Shown: positions 1 through 10,356, numbered from the stretch's first letter. The stretch: 64,000 nt of DNA from a bacterium (GCA_037139975.1 JBAXFJ010000001.1:171017-235016), one strand, 5' to 3'. Translations and numbers: made by a program. Notes: generated by a model from the letters alone, not told the origin.

Positions 1-571
1 CCTCTGTTGTGCGAGTCTCCGTGTTTGCATGATGCTTCGCATCCACCTCAGCTCGTGCTTTGCGAATTGACTCAATAGCAGTATCGACTTCTTCGTCGGT
101 TGCGGGTGCGACCAGCTCTTCGGGAACGGTTTCGCCCATCTTCTTCCACTCCTTGGGCAAGTCAAACACCGGGTAGATCGCCACGCGCAAAGTTAAACCG
201 ACGGAGTTTCCTGCCTCGCCCGTGGCCGGGCTACGGCCGAGGGGCGCGAGCTTGGTGATGCGCACATCGGGGCGGCCCACGGCATCTATTTTATGTTCAG
301 TGATCAGTGCGGGATAGAGCTTTTGCATCGACAATTCGACTGCTTCTTCGAGAATGGCCACTTCGCCCACTTTTTTCTTGGCCATTTCGGGCGGCACGTG
401 GCCTTTGCGGAAGCCAGGCAGCTCGATTTCCCCTGCGATGTGTTCAAGGGCTTCTTTGGTGTACTGCTCGAGTGCCTCGGCGGGCACTTCACCCACCAGC
501 TCGACTTCAGACTCGGGTAAAACTTTCAGGGTAAAACCCTTGGCGATTTCTTCAAATGACGGTGATTGCAT
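1..571 (-). CDS. tig: Trigger factor, N-terminal part (runs off the window)
   Basis: Manual translation from ATG at 571: MQSPSFEEIAKGFTLKVLPESEVELVGEVP...IELPGFRKGHVP, with the GFRxGxxP ribosome-binding signature. Confidence 0.92.
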   Translation of the reverse strand, partial: MQSPSFEEIAKGFTLKVLPESEVELVGEVPAEALEQYTKEALEHIAGEIELPGFRKGHVPPEMAKKKVGEVAILEEAVELSMQKLYPALITEHKIDAVGRPDVRITKLAPLGRSPATGEAGNSVGLTLRVAIYPVFDLPKEWKKMGETVPEELVAPATDEEVDTAIESIRKARAEVDAKHHANTETRTTE

Positions 572-586
572 ACAGGGTAAGAGATT

Positions 587-603
587 CTAAGGTTAAACCT
601 TAG
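587..603. repeat. Palindromic AAGGTTAAACCTT element, copy 1
   Basis: ctaaggttaaaccttag; same core at 11341, 30766, 30794 and 57474. Confidence 0.8.
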
Positions 604-619
604 GGTTTTAGGGTTAGTA

Positions 620-1150
620 TTATTTTGCGAACTTCTGCTTGTAGAGCGCGAGGCTCTCGTTGAATGCGGCCACAGCGGCATCTTTGCCTTTAATCCCTTT
701 GATTTCAACGGGCGCTGGCTTGCCTTTGAGGAGCTTGTAGGTTTCAAAAAAGTGCTGGATTTCTTTCAGTGTGTGCTTGTTGATGTCCGCCAAGTCTTGC
801 ACGTCGTCCCAACGCTTGTCTTCGTTTGGAACGGCGATGATTTTGTAGTCACTTTCACCGCTGTCCACCATCTCCATCACCGCGACGGGGCGCACTGTCA
901 CAAGGATGCCCACGGCGAGCGGGTAGGTGGTTAGGACAATGACGTCGAGTGCGTCGCCGTCGTGCCAGAGCGTCTGCGGCACAAAGCCATAGTCAAACGG
1001 GTATGCAGCAGATGAGTAGTTTGCGCGGTCGAGCTTGATGAGGCCTGTTTCTTTATCAATTTCGTATTTATTGTTCGAGCCGCTGGGGATCTCGATGATG
1101 GTGTTAATCTCTTCTGCGGTACCTGGGTCAATATCGTGCCAAAGATTCAT
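620..1150 (-). CDS. ppa: Inorganic pyrophosphatase (family I)
   Basis: IEIP..NKYEID, YPFDYGFVPQT, DGDALDV motifs. Confidence 0.97.
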   Translation of the reverse strand: MNLWHDIDPGTAEEINTIIEIPSGSNNKYEIDKETGLIKLDRANYSSAAYPFDYGFVPQTLWHDGDALDVIVLTTYPLAVGILVTVRPVAVMEMVDSGESDYKIIAVPNEDKRWDDVQDLADINKHTLKEIQHFFETYKLLKGKPAPVEIKGIKGKDAAVAAFNESLALYKQKFAK

Positions 1151-1173
1151 AGTTTAAATAAATTACTTTTTAA

Positions 1174-2319
1174 TTATGCTGCTACTTCCTCTGCTTCACT
1201 CTTTTCTTCTTTAACCTCCGTCGGTTTTTCAGGTTGATTCGACTGGATATCAATCCTCCAACCGGTCAGTTTCGCTGCGAGGCGCACATTTTGACCACCG
1301 CGGCCAATGGCGAGACTTTGCTGGTCGCTCGCAACGGTAACGCTTGCTTTGTGCTCCGTCTCGTCCAGCTCGATGCTTAAAATGCGCGCAGGAGAAAGGG
1401 CTTCTTCGATAAAGTGCTTTGGATCTTCATTCCACTCGATGATGTCGATTTTCTCGCCACCAAGCTCTGAGGTGACCGTCGAGACACGCACACCGCGCTG
1501 CCCCACGAGCGAGCCAACAGGGTCCACGTGCGGGTCGCTTGAGGCGACGGCAACTTTTGATCGAGATCCTGCCTCACGCGCGGTGGCCTTAAAAGTCACG
1601 ACGCCGTTCGCGACTTCAGGCACTTCCATCTCAAAGAGTTTGACCAAAAATTCAGGCTGGGCGCGTGAGAGGCGCAGGTAGATGCCTTTTGCGCTCTCTT
1701 CCACTTGAAAGAGCACGGCGCGCACGCGCTCGCCTTGGCGATAGCGCTCGCCCGGGATTTGCTCGTCATAGGGCAAAATGCCTGTTGCGCGGCCAAGGTC
1801 AATAAAGATGTTGCCACGCTCCATGCGCTGCACGGTTCCGCTCACAATTTCACCTTGGCGTTTGCCAAACTCGGCCACTACAGATACTTTTTCGGCTTCG
1901 CGTATCTTTTGGATAATAACTTGTTTTGCGGTTTGGGCCGCGATGCGGCCGTAGTCATCCTTTGCTTCAAGGGCAAAGACGAGTTCATCGCCCACCTTGG
2001 CGTCACGTTTGATAAACTTGGCATCGCTCAGCAAGATGTGCTGCTCGGGGTTGAAATGGGTGCGGTCTTCGCCTTCTTTTATATCACTCTCGTCAAAATA
2101 GACGGTGCTTTCGTCAGCAACTTCTTTTATTTGTTCAAATTCGGTCGTGCCAGCACTCAAATCAATTTGAGCACGGATAATCTGCCCGCGTTTTGCATAT
2201 TCTTTTTTATAGGCGGTGGCGAGTGCTGCTTCGATAGCTTCGATAACTTTGGCTTTTGGGATACCGCGTTCTTCTTCGAGCTCGGTCAACACCGAATTCA
2301 TAACTTTGAGGTCAAACAT
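1174..2319 (-). CDS. nusA: Transcription termination/antitermination factor NusA
   Basis: GRIAAQTAKQVI, S1 and KH domains, AIGRGGQNVRLA. Confidence 0.98.
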   Translation of the reverse strand: MFDLKVMNSVLTELEEERGIPKAKVIEAIEAALATAYKKEYAKRGQIIRAQIDLSAGTTEFEQIKEVADESTVYFDESDIKEGEDRTHFNPEQHILLSDAKFIKRDAKVGDELVFALEAKDDYGRIAAQTAKQVIIQKIREAEKVSVVAEFGKRQGEIVSGTVQRMERGNIFIDLGRATGILPYDEQIPGERYRQGERVRAVLFQVEESAKGIYLRLSRAQPEFLVKLFEMEVPEVANGVVTFKATAREAGSRSKVAVASSDPHVDPVGSLVGQRGVRVSTVTSELGGEKIDIIEWNEDPKHFIEEALSPARILSIELDETEHKASVTVASDQQSLAIGRGGQNVRLAAKLTGWRIDIQSNQPEKPTEVKEEKSEAEEVAA

Positions 2320-2416
2320 ACGTCTATATTGTTAGTTTTTAGAGGCACATGAGTGCTGTCTAGCTTCTTATAAAATAAGAAAACCACCCACTCGGGGCGG
2401 CGTACCAGACGCTTGA

Positions 2417-2445
2417 ATAATAGCCAAAGGAGTGGGAAAAGTCAA
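2417..2445 (-). promoter_or_regulatory. sigma70-type promoter for nusA
   Basis: TTGACT-17 nt-TATTAT on the minus strand. Confidence 0.65.
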
Positions 2446-2576
2446 TGTTGTTGGATGTTGTATATAAAGCCGCTCTTCTTTTTTGTGTTCCTGGCCTGGT
2501 GCGCTCTAGGGCGCGTTATCCACACAAAAGTTTTTCTTACGCGTTTGCATACGCAAAGAGTGCTAGGATTTGGGTA

Positions 2577-5500
2577 ATGCGTACACGCACTACATTTCTA
2601 CTTCTTGCTTTTTTCCTTGTGATTGGTTTTTCATCTTTATTTACAAATCAAGGAAGGGGGATAGGTGCCGCTTTGTATAGCGGTCTCATTGAAACCCACA
2701 TTGCGCAAGCTGCTGGCAGTGTCACAAACGATGCTGGCAATACGTGGACCAACTATTGTTATGGTCTCATTGAAGATGAGATGTGCACCGTTAGTCCGCT
2801 GGCTTGGGAAAACTGGGAAACATGCAACGCTGACGGCACCATCACTGCTAATGTTGGCTGGAATTATGTGGGGGTGCCACAAGGTAGTGGTGGTTGGTAT
2901 CTGCAGTTGAATTCTGGGGACTTGCCTGTCTCTGGCAATTTAGGTGTTGCAGACAATCACACTTTCGCAGGACTTTCGCCTAATCGATCATACAATATTT
3001 ATTTTGATGTTTTTCTTGGTCCGCGTTGGAACTCAGGCTGGTGGGCTACCGATAATTTTCCTGGTGGTGCAGCCTACAGAAACCATCTCAACACTGGCCC
3101 TTGTGTTTCCTCTCCCACAGGCTCCATCAGCAGCCTCACCAACCCCTGCCAAATAGCCAGCGGCCAAACCACCTGCACGCCGCTCTTTAACTGGAACACA
3201 GCAAACACCAACGGCACAGTCGTAACCAATATTGTCGGTAGTGCGCCATATGCCGACGAGACAGCCTATACTTGGTATATTCCTGCTAACGGTTCTGGCG
3301 GGCACGGTGCCGCGCTTCCTGCTGGTAATTACACTATTAAGTTATATGGACAAAATTCGGCTGGCGGCTGGGTGCTTCTTGATTCAAAGCCGACTACGGT
3401 TGTTTCAGCCCCAACAGGCACACTCACCACCCCAAGCTCCTGTTATATTCCGAGCGGTCAGACTACGTGCACACCGCTCTTTGATTGGCAAACCGCGCAA
3501 ACCAATGGCGTAGTTCAGCTTAATATCGTCAATGCAAACGGCGCTCAGCCGTATCCCACCGAATCGTTGTACGTCGCCAACCGAGGCACCGCAATCACTG
3601 GTACTCCTGGTACGGCGCTTCCTGTTGGTACCTATACCGTTAAGTTGTACGGCCAAAATTCAGCAGGCACCTGGGTGCTTCTTGACTCTAAGCAGGTCAC
3701 GATTGTTCCTTTCCCAACCGCAACTCTCTCCGTTTCTCCAACCTCGGTTGCATACAACGGTCAAGCAACACTCACTTGGAGTTCAACCAACGCCACCTCC
3801 TGCACCGCAGGGGGGCCGTGGTCTAACGCAAGCGCCCCGCTTGGGGGTACTGGATCGACGGGGGCGCTTATTGCAAATGCTACGTATACGCTCCAATGTA
3901 CGGGTCCTGGAGGTACCACACCGCTCCAGTCGGTGACGGTTTCGATCAATAACCGAACTCCTGCGGGGTATCTGGATTCTGCCAGCTGTTCGGCTTTGAG
4001 TGGTTGGGTAGTGGATCCAGACAGCGCCAACAGCATCGCGAGTGTGCGTATCTTCGACGGCCCTTCGAGCACAGGCACACTCATTGGCACGTACCCCACA
4101 AGCGTGTTCCGAGGTGACGTTACCGAACCGAACACAGGCATTGCTGGTCTTGTTGCTGGCAATCATGGATTCTCTGTGCCAACGCCGGCAAGCCTCCTCG
4201 GGGGCGCGACTCACAGCATCTATGCTTATGGGGTGGACATTCAAACGGGCGGATTGACGAATTTGGGCTCGAGTCCAAAAAGTATCACCTGCCCGACCCC
4301 AACCGCAACTCTCTCCGTTTCTCCAACCTCAATTGCATACAACGGCCAAGCAACACTCACTTGGAGCTCAACTAACGCCACCTCCTGCACCGCAGGGGGG
4401 CCGTGGTCTAACGCAAGCGCACCGCTTGGGGGTAGTGGATCGACGGGGGCGCTTATTGCAAACGCGACGTATACGCTCCAATGTACGGGCAATGGCCAAA
4501 CATCTGCACTGCAGTCAGTGACGGTTGGGGTGGGAGCCGCTCCGGTAAATGGTGTGTGTGCTGCAACACACTACAGCTGTAGTGCTGGTACGAGTGCTAC
4601 TACTGTGGAAGGAGCAAGCACCTACACGTGGAGTTGTGTTGGCCTTAACGCGGGGACCACCGCCTCGTGTTCCGAGGCGAAGCCAGCGCCAACCGCAACG
4701 CTCGCTGTTTCTCCAACCTCGGTTGCATACAACGGTCAAGCAACACTCACTTGGAGTTCAACCAACGCCACCTCCTGCACCGCAGGGGGGCCGTGGTCTA
4801 ACGCAAGCGCCCCGCTTGGGGGTACTGGATCGACGGGGGCGCTTATTGCAAACGCGACGTATACGCTCCAATGTACGGGAAATGGTCAAACGTCCGCGCT
4901 CCAGTCAGTGACGGTTACCACGAGTCCTCCCCTGTCTTGTACTTCACTGTGGGGCGGTGCAGCCATCGCCAATGGCGACTCCGTGACCGCATATCACACA
5001 GCTTCGACCATCTATCCTGCCACCTGCGCCCAAGAAACGCGTGCTTGCGGCAACGGAGTATTGAGTGGAAGTTACACAAACCAGACGTGCGCGGTCTTGC
5101 AGCCTGATCTCATCGCCTCCACCGTCATCCCAAACACTGCGGTGGCTGGTAGCGCTGTCACGCTCTCTGCAACCGTCACTAACCGAGGCACCGCAAGCAC
5201 TGGCGCAAGCTTCTCGAACTTCTTCCAAGTCGCCACTGCCACAAACGGTGGCGGCACAGTCACCGACCTCGCTCCCGCAGTGATGTCTGCACTTGCGGCA
5301 AATGCATCAGGCGCCACAGCGAAGCCCTACACCTTCACCACCGCAGGCACCTACTCGGTCCGCGCCTGTGCTGACAAGTCTTCTGCTACTGACCTTGGCG
5401 CCATCGCCGAGTCAGATGAAACCAACAACTGTGGGACATGGACTAATGTAGTGGTTACCGCTGCTCCTGCGTCTGACCTCACCACCTCAGCTGCCCAACC

Positions 5501-7784
5501 AACCGCAGCGGTAGTTGGCAACGCTGTCACGCTCTCTGCAACCGTCACTAACCGAGGCACCGCAAGCACTGGCGCAAGCTTCTCGAACTTCTTCCAAGTC
5601 GCCACTGCCACAAACGGTGGCGGCACAGTCACAGACCTTGCTCCTGCGGTGATGTCTGCACTTGCGGCAAATGCATCAGGCGCCACAGCCAAGTCTTACA
5701 CCTTTACTGCTGCAGGCACCTACTCGGTCCGCGCCTGTGCCGATAAGTCTTCTTCTGCGGACCCTGGCGCCATCGCCGAGTCAGACGAAACCAACAACTG
5801 TGGGACATGGACTGATGTAGTGATTGATTATCCTGGAGCAACCTCTGCCCTGCATGGGCAAGGGTGTGTGCTCCCTGTGGGGGGAGGCACATGCAACCTC
5901 ACTGCATGGTGGAGCATCACCGGTCTTACTGCAGGTGAGACGGTTGACGTGAGTGTCACGGGGCCTGGTCTTGCAATACGCACCTTTAAAAATATTCCTG
6001 CAGACTCAACCAAACTCACTCGCGCAACACGCAGAAGTCTTCTTGCTGCGGTGCTGGGTGGTTTTGGCGCTACTCAAGATTCGACAACACCTTTTATCCA
6101 GGCAGTTGGCACTGCAGGGACGTTCAATCTGACACTTACCCGGCACGCCAACCAATCTGCACTAGGTTCGTTTGCACTCTTTGCTTGTCCTCCAGGAACA
6201 ACTAATGTCAACGAAGTTTGCACAGGCGCTCCTGACTTGATAGCGGGTGCCACAGTGCCAACTGCTGCGGTTGCAGGCATCATCACCACGCTTTCGGGAG
6301 TGATCACCAACCAGGGCGGCGCAAGCACCGGCACTACGTTCACGAGCCTGTTTGAAATAAACTCCAACAACAATCCAACAAGTTTCCATAGTATTGAAGC
6401 AACCCAGACCTACGTCACCCCTGCACTTGCGGTGGGTGGTACAAACACCGCAACAACGCCTTACAGTTTCCCCGCGTCTGGTACCTACTATGTGCGCCTC
6501 TGTGCAGACACAAACGACAGCAATGTGGGTACCATCACCGAAGCAAACGCTTTGGGTACTGGTGAGACCAACAACTGCGGCCCTTGGACCCCTGTGATTG
6601 TGACCGCTCCTGACCTGATTGCGGGCGGCGCTTCTCCGGTGTCGGCGACCGCTGGCGCGTCCATATTCCTCAGTGCACCAATCTCCAACCAAGGCACCGC
6701 AGACGTCACTCAAAACTTCTCTAACTTCTTTCAGGTGGCGGTTGATGTGAACGATGCCACCACCATTACCGATCTTGCTCCTACCACCATGACTCCCTTG
6801 TCAAAAGGCGCTACACGACTTGCAGCACGACCATATTCATTTGGAGCAGGCACCTACTACGTCCGTGTGTGTGCCGACAAAACGTCACGCAACGATGGGG
6901 GAGTAATCACCGAGTCAAATGCTACCGACGCATCCTCGATTGATACAGGCGAGACCAACAACTGCGGCAGCTGGGCAAAGACGGTGGTGTGCGCGGCGGG
7001 CAAAGTCTATTTTGGCGGCTCGTGTCTCTTTACTCCACCAGGGTGTCCTCTTGATACAGTGAATGATGCTGGGCTGTGTTGCCCAGTGGGACAGGTCAAT
7101 GGTGGTGGTGTATGCGTTCCTTCATGCACAAACGACTATGTGCTTGTGAATAACCAGTGCGTACCCGCGGTATGTTCTGGCACTACCTCGTGTGTTTCGG
7201 GTCCAAACATCTGCGGTATGACGAACCCAGGCACCTATGACCCAGCCACGTGCACGTGCGTTGCCACACCGCCTGCAGATTCTTTGTGCCATATATGCAC
7301 ACCAAACGCCGCGTGTGCCGCAAGTGCTGCAAACAACTGTGGTTCAAGTAGCGGTACTTGCAATGCGGCAGGCAGCTTCTGCGCTCCACCCGCAGACAAC
7401 GTGTCGTGTTCTGTGGGGGCGGTCTGTAACCCAGGACAAGTGGGCACGCCGCCAAACTGCAGCTACCCTGGTTCTACTGGTTCAGTAAATGGTTCAACTT
7501 TCGCTCCAACAATCACACTAAACGCACCTGCGCGTGTTCGTGCGGGAGGCACTGCAACGCTCACGTGGTCTGCAACGGGCTCTACTCAATGTGTTCTGAC
7601 AGGTCCCCACCTGCCAAGTGCGACGGTTACAGTAACTGGTGATGCAAACAGCAATGTTGCAAGTCAACAAGTCGCCGCGACTATCCTGGGACAAAGTGTA
7701 TACACAGTCAGGTGCTCAGGCCTTGGAGGCTCTGTTTCAGTGAGCAGGACGGTAAACCTTATTCCGCAAGTCATCGAACAATAA
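2577..7784 (+). CDS. Giant secreted/surface protein with Ig-like repeats, CARDB-like domains and a Cys-rich C-terminal region
   Basis: Signal-like N-terminus from ATG 2577 (ORF track starts at 2445); Thr/Ser/Gly-rich; repeated ATLTWSSTNATSC and PDL..VTN.G..ESDETNNC modules. Confidence 0.85.
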   Translation: MRTRTTFLLLAFFLVIGFSSLFTNQGRGIGAALYSGLIETHIAQAAGSVTNDAGNTWTNYCYGLIEDEMCTVSPLAWENWETCNADGTITANVGWNYVGVPQGSGGWYLQLNSGDLPVSGNLGVADNHTFAGLSPNRSYNIYFDVFLGPRWNSGWWATDNFPGGAAYRNHLNTGPCVSSPTGSISSLTNPCQIASGQTTCTPLFNWNTANTNGTVVTNIVGSAPYADETAYTWYIPANGSGGHGAALPAGNYTIKLYGQNSAGGWVLLDSKPTTVVSAPTGTLTTPSSCYIPSGQTTCTPLFDWQTAQTNGVVQLNIVNANGAQPYPTESLYVANRGTAITGTPGTALPVGTYTVKLYGQNSAGTWVLLDSKQVTIVPFPTATLSVSPTSVAYNGQATLTWSSTNATSCTAGGPWSNASAPLGGTGSTGALIANATYTLQCTGPGGTTPLQSVTVSINNRTPAGYLDSASCSALSGWVVDPDSANSIASVRIFDGPSSTGTLIGTYPTSVFRGDVTEPNTGIAGLVAGNHGFSVPTPASLLGGATHSIYAYGVDIQTGGLTNLGSSPKSITCPTPTATLSVSPTSIAYNGQATLTWSSTNATSCTAGGPWSNASAPLGGSGSTGALIANATYTLQCTGNGQTSALQSVTVGVGAAPVNGVCAATHYSCSAGTSATTVEGASTYTWSCVGLNAGTTASCSEAKPAPTATLAVSPTSVAYNGQATLTWSSTNATSCTAGGPWSNASAPLGGTGSTGALIANATYTLQCTGNGQTSALQSVTVTTSPPLSCTSLWGGAAIANGDSVTAYHTASTIYPATCAQETRACGNGVLSGSYTNQTCAVLQPDLIASTVIPNTAVAGSAVTLSATVTNRGTASTGASFSNFFQVATATNGGGTVTDLAPAVMSALAANASGATAKPYTFTTAGTYSVRACADKSSATDLGAIAESDETNNCGTWTNVVVTAAPASDLTTSAAQPTAAVVGNAVTLSATVTNRGTASTGASFSNFFQVATATNGGGTVTDLAPAVMSALAANASGATAKSYTFTAAGTYSVRACADKSSSADPGAIAESDETNNCGTWTDVVIDYPGATSALHGQGCVLPVGGGTCNLTAWWSITGLTAGETVDVSVTGPGLAIRTFKNIPADSTKLTRATRRSLLAAVLGGFGATQDSTTPFIQAVGTAGTFNLTLTRHANQSALGSFALFACPPGTTNVNEVCTGAPDLIAGATVPTAAVAGIITTLSGVITNQGGASTGTTFTSLFEINSNNNPTSFHSIEATQTYVTPALAVGGTNTATTPYSFPASGTYYVRLCADTNDSNVGTITEANALGTGETNNCGPWTPVIVTAPDLIAGGASPVSATAGASIFLSAPISNQGTADVTQNFSNFFQVAVDVNDATTITDLAPTTMTPLSKGATRLAARPYSFGAGTYYVRVCADKTSRNDGGVITESNATDASSIDTGETNNCGSWAKTVVCAAGKVYFGGSCLFTPPGCPLDTVNDAGLCCPVGQVNGGGVCVPSCTNDYVLVNNQCVPAVCSGTTSCVSGPNICGMTNPGTYDPATCTCVATPPADSLCHICTPNAACAASAANNCGSSSGTCNAAGSFCAPPADNVSCSVGAVCNPGQVGTPPNCSYPGSTGSVNGSTFAPTITLNAPARVRAGGTATLTWSATGSTQCVLTGPHLPSATVTVTGDANSNVASQQVAATILGQSVYTVRCSGLGGSVSVSRTVNLIPQVIEQ
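3713..4916 (+). repeat. Three near-identical ~230 bp intragenic repeats (about 3713-3941, 4298-4526, 4689-4916)
   Basis: PTATLSVSPTSVAYNGQATLTWSSTNATSCTAGGPWSNASAPLGG module repeated at DNA level. Confidence 0.9.
5153..5820 (+). repeat. Two near-identical ~300 bp CARDB-like intragenic repeats
   Basis: AVTLSATVTNRGTASTGASFSNFFQVA...ESDETNNCGTWT duplicated (about 5153-5447 and 5522-5816). Confidence 0.88.
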
Positions 7785-7851
7785 TAAATTAGGGTGTTTT
7801 GTGTGCGAATGTGCAAAGAAAAAAGAAGCACGCGTAGTATACTGAAGTGGT

Positions 7852-9564
7852 ATGCAGGCGCATGAGGAAAGTCTTGCCACATTTTTACGTGACGCGGGGA
7901 TGGTGTCGCGCTCGCAGTTGGAGTCGCTTGTGCGGCGAGTGACGGTCTCGGGCGAAGCGTTTCACCACGTGCTTTCCACTTCAGGCGCGCTCAGTGAAGA
8001 CGAGGTGCGTCGCGCACTTTCAAAAGTGCTTGGAGTGCCTTTTGTCTCACTTACTACAGAATCGATCTCGCCGGAGGCGTTGGTGCATATACCCGAACCT
8101 TTTGCACGGTCTCATGGTGTGGTTGCATACCAGATGCACCGCGAGCGCGGCGTTCCTGGAGGGATCCTCCTTGAGGTTGCGTTGCTTGATATGGATGCGC
8201 ATGCGTCACTGCAGCAGCTCGACTTGCCCTACACGGTGCGCGTGCGTCTCACCGACAGGGCGTCGCTCACTCGTGCATTGCTGCTCTATCAAAAGGTGCT
8301 CAAAGATTCTTTTTCGTCTCAGGCGCAGGAGCCGCTTGCAGTGGTGGATGCATTGCTCGAACGAGGTCTTTACAGCAAGGCCGAAGCGATTCATCTGTCG
8401 CCAACCGAGAATGGTTTTTTGGCGCACTACCGTATTGGTGGTGAATTGTATGAAGCACTAACGCTCTCGTTTGAGGTTGGGCAAGTTGTGTTGCAAAGAG
8501 TTGCTACGCTTGCGCATGTGATTGTTGGCACACAAACCCCTCAAGAAGGCAGTTTCAAAATCGCTGCAGGGGATGAAGAAGTGTCTGTTCGTGCCTCGCT
8601 GCTCCCGACTGTGGCGGGCGATGCGCTCACCCTGCATCTGTTACGTGCGGGAGTGGGTGCTGCGGGGCACACGCTCGAGTCTCTTGGTTTTCATGGCGCA
8701 GGACTTGCGCGCCTGAGGCATGCGCTTCATGCCCGTTCCGGGTTGGTGCTGGTTTCTGGGGGCGACCATGCTGGCGTCACCACACTTCTCTATACACTGC
8801 TTGATACGCTTGGTGGGTATACGCACACTACCATCACCGTTGAGGGTGGTGTGTCAGTACGCCTTCCCTATGCGCTGCAAACTGAAGCAGGGGGTGATGG
8901 CGGTGTATCAATGGCGACAGGGGTCCGTGCAGCGCTCTTGCAAGACCCTGACGTGCTCATGATTTCTCAGATTGCTGATCGAGAAACCGCCTTGCTTGCG
9001 GTCTCTGCTGCGCAGAGGGGTGTTTTAGTAGTTGCGGGGGTTGCTGCCACATCAGCTTCGGTTGGTATTGCCAACCTTCTGTCCTTGGGCGTTTCTTCGA
9101 CCATGTTGGCGAGCTCTCTTGCAGTGTCTGTGGGGACGAACTTGGTGCGGGCGCTGTGTCCGGCGTGCAAGAGCGGCGCCGAAGCATATAAGTTGTCGCG
9201 TGCCGAAATGGCTTCGCTGGAAGGCGAGGTAGATTTCAGTCGCATATTGTCTGCGCTGAAGGAGACGCGCAGTGTAACAGAAGACGCGCCGTGGAAGACA
9301 GTATCTTTTATACATCCCAACACGTGTGATGCGTGCCAAGATGGGTACCAAGGGTACTGCGGTGTGCAAGAAGTGTTTGTGTCTTCGCGTGCGATACAAC
9401 AGAGTGTTGTTGCATATGCTGCATATCCAGACGATGCGGTGTTCGCATATGCGATAGAAACAGCCGCTCGAGCCGATGGGGCGATCACCCTGATTGAAGA
9501 CGGTGTATACAAGGCAGCCCAAGGCCGTACGAGCCTAGAGGAGGTGCTTTCGCTCGAAGCGTAG
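7852..9564 (+). CDS. PilB/GspE-family secretion ATPase homolog with degenerate catalytic motifs
   Basis: N-terminal GspE-like domain, LLQDPDV, CPAC..CDAC Zn motif, TSLEEV C-terminus; Walker A reads GGDHAGVTT. Confidence 0.88.
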   Translation: MQAHEESLATFLRDAGMVSRSQLESLVRRVTVSGEAFHHVLSTSGALSEDEVRRALSKVLGVPFVSLTTESISPEALVHIPEPFARSHGVVAYQMHRERGVPGGILLEVALLDMDAHASLQQLDLPYTVRVRLTDRASLTRALLLYQKVLKDSFSSQAQEPLAVVDALLERGLYSKAEAIHLSPTENGFLAHYRIGGELYEALTLSFEVGQVVLQRVATLAHVIVGTQTPQEGSFKIAAGDEEVSVRASLLPTVAGDALTLHLLRAGVGAAGHTLESLGFHGAGLARLRHALHARSGLVLVSGGDHAGVTTLLYTLLDTLGGYTHTTITVEGGVSVRLPYALQTEAGGDGGVSMATGVRAALLQDPDVLMISQIADRETALLAVSAAQRGVLVVAGVAATSASVGIANLLSLGVSSTMLASSLAVSVGTNLVRALCPACKSGAEAYKLSRAEMASLEGEVDFSRILSALKETRSVTEDAPWKTVSFIHPNTCDACQDGYQGYCGVQEVFVSSRAIQQSVVAYAAYPDDAVFAYAIETAARADGAITLIEDGVYKAAQGRTSLEEVLSLEA

Positions 9565-9576
9565 TATAGTTTGAAC

Positions 9577-10350
9577 ATGAAACGAGCTAAGCCAATTGTG
9601 ATTGCAAACTGGAAAGGCTATGTTGAGACGCCCGAGGAGGCAAAACGCTTTGTGCAGGTCATAAAGCGCAGTACAAAAACCCTCTCTGCGTGTCAGGTGA
9701 TGCTCGCGCCCTCTTTCACGCTCTTGCCAACACTTGTGCCTTTGTTAAAAAACTCTGCTGTTCAGGTCGGGTCGCAGGCAGTCTCCGCACACCCAGGTGG
9801 GGCGCATACGGGCGAGGTTACCGGCGCAATGCTTCGGGCGGTGGGCGCTGTTTTTAGTATTGTGGGTCACTCAGAGCGCCGAGCACTTGGCGGCGCAGGT
9901 GAAAGCGAAGAGGGTATTCAAAACCAAATTGCTCGTGCATGCGAGGCAGGGCTGGGCGTCGTTCTCTGTGTGGGTGAGCATGAACGTGAAGCGTCGGGTG
10001 CGCACTTTGGCATCATTGCGGGACAGCTCGCGTCGGCACTCGCCGCAGTGCCGCTCAAAAACATGGGCAAGCTTATGGTTGCCTACGAGCCCGTGTGGGC
10101 AATAGGAAAAACCGCAGCAGATGCTATGCAGCCCGGCGATGTGCAGGAAGTATTTATTTTTATTCGTAAAATTCTAGTCGAGAAGATCGGCAGAGCGGCG
10201 GCATTGAAAGTTCCCATTCTGTATGGTGGCTCTGTTGAAGAAGAAAATGTACAGGGGCTGTACCATGAAGGTGGAGTAAGTGGTTTTCTGGTTGGGCACG
10301 CGAGCAGCAAGAGCGACTCTTTTATAAAACTTATCAAAGCGCTGCAGTAA
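9577..10350 (+). CDS. tpiA: Triosephosphate isomerase
   Basis: ANWK, GHSERR, AYEPVWAIG, LYGGSV. Confidence 0.98.
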   Translation: MKRAKPIVIANWKGYVETPEEAKRFVQVIKRSTKTLSACQVMLAPSFTLLPTLVPLLKNSAVQVGSQAVSAHPGGAHTGEVTGAMLRAVGAVFSIVGHSERRALGGAGESEEGIQNQIARACEAGLGVVLCVGEHEREASGAHFGIIAGQLASALAAVPLKNMGKLMVAYEPVWAIGKTAADAMQPGDVQEVFIFIRKILVEKIGRAAALKVPILYGGSVEEENVQGLYHEGGVSGFLVGHASSKSDSFIKLIKALQ

Positions 10351-10356
10351 CGCTCT

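Noticed and set aside
2445-2576. Extended ORF-track starts (also fusA 20661, pilin 23522, infC 42606, DoxX 46116, pyrD 52980)
   Set aside because: They overlap promoters, terminators or neighbouring genes; downstream starts fit family N-termini
3713-5820. Repeats as a CRISPR array
   Set aside because: They are long in-frame protein-domain duplications with no repeat-spacer periodicity and no cas genes
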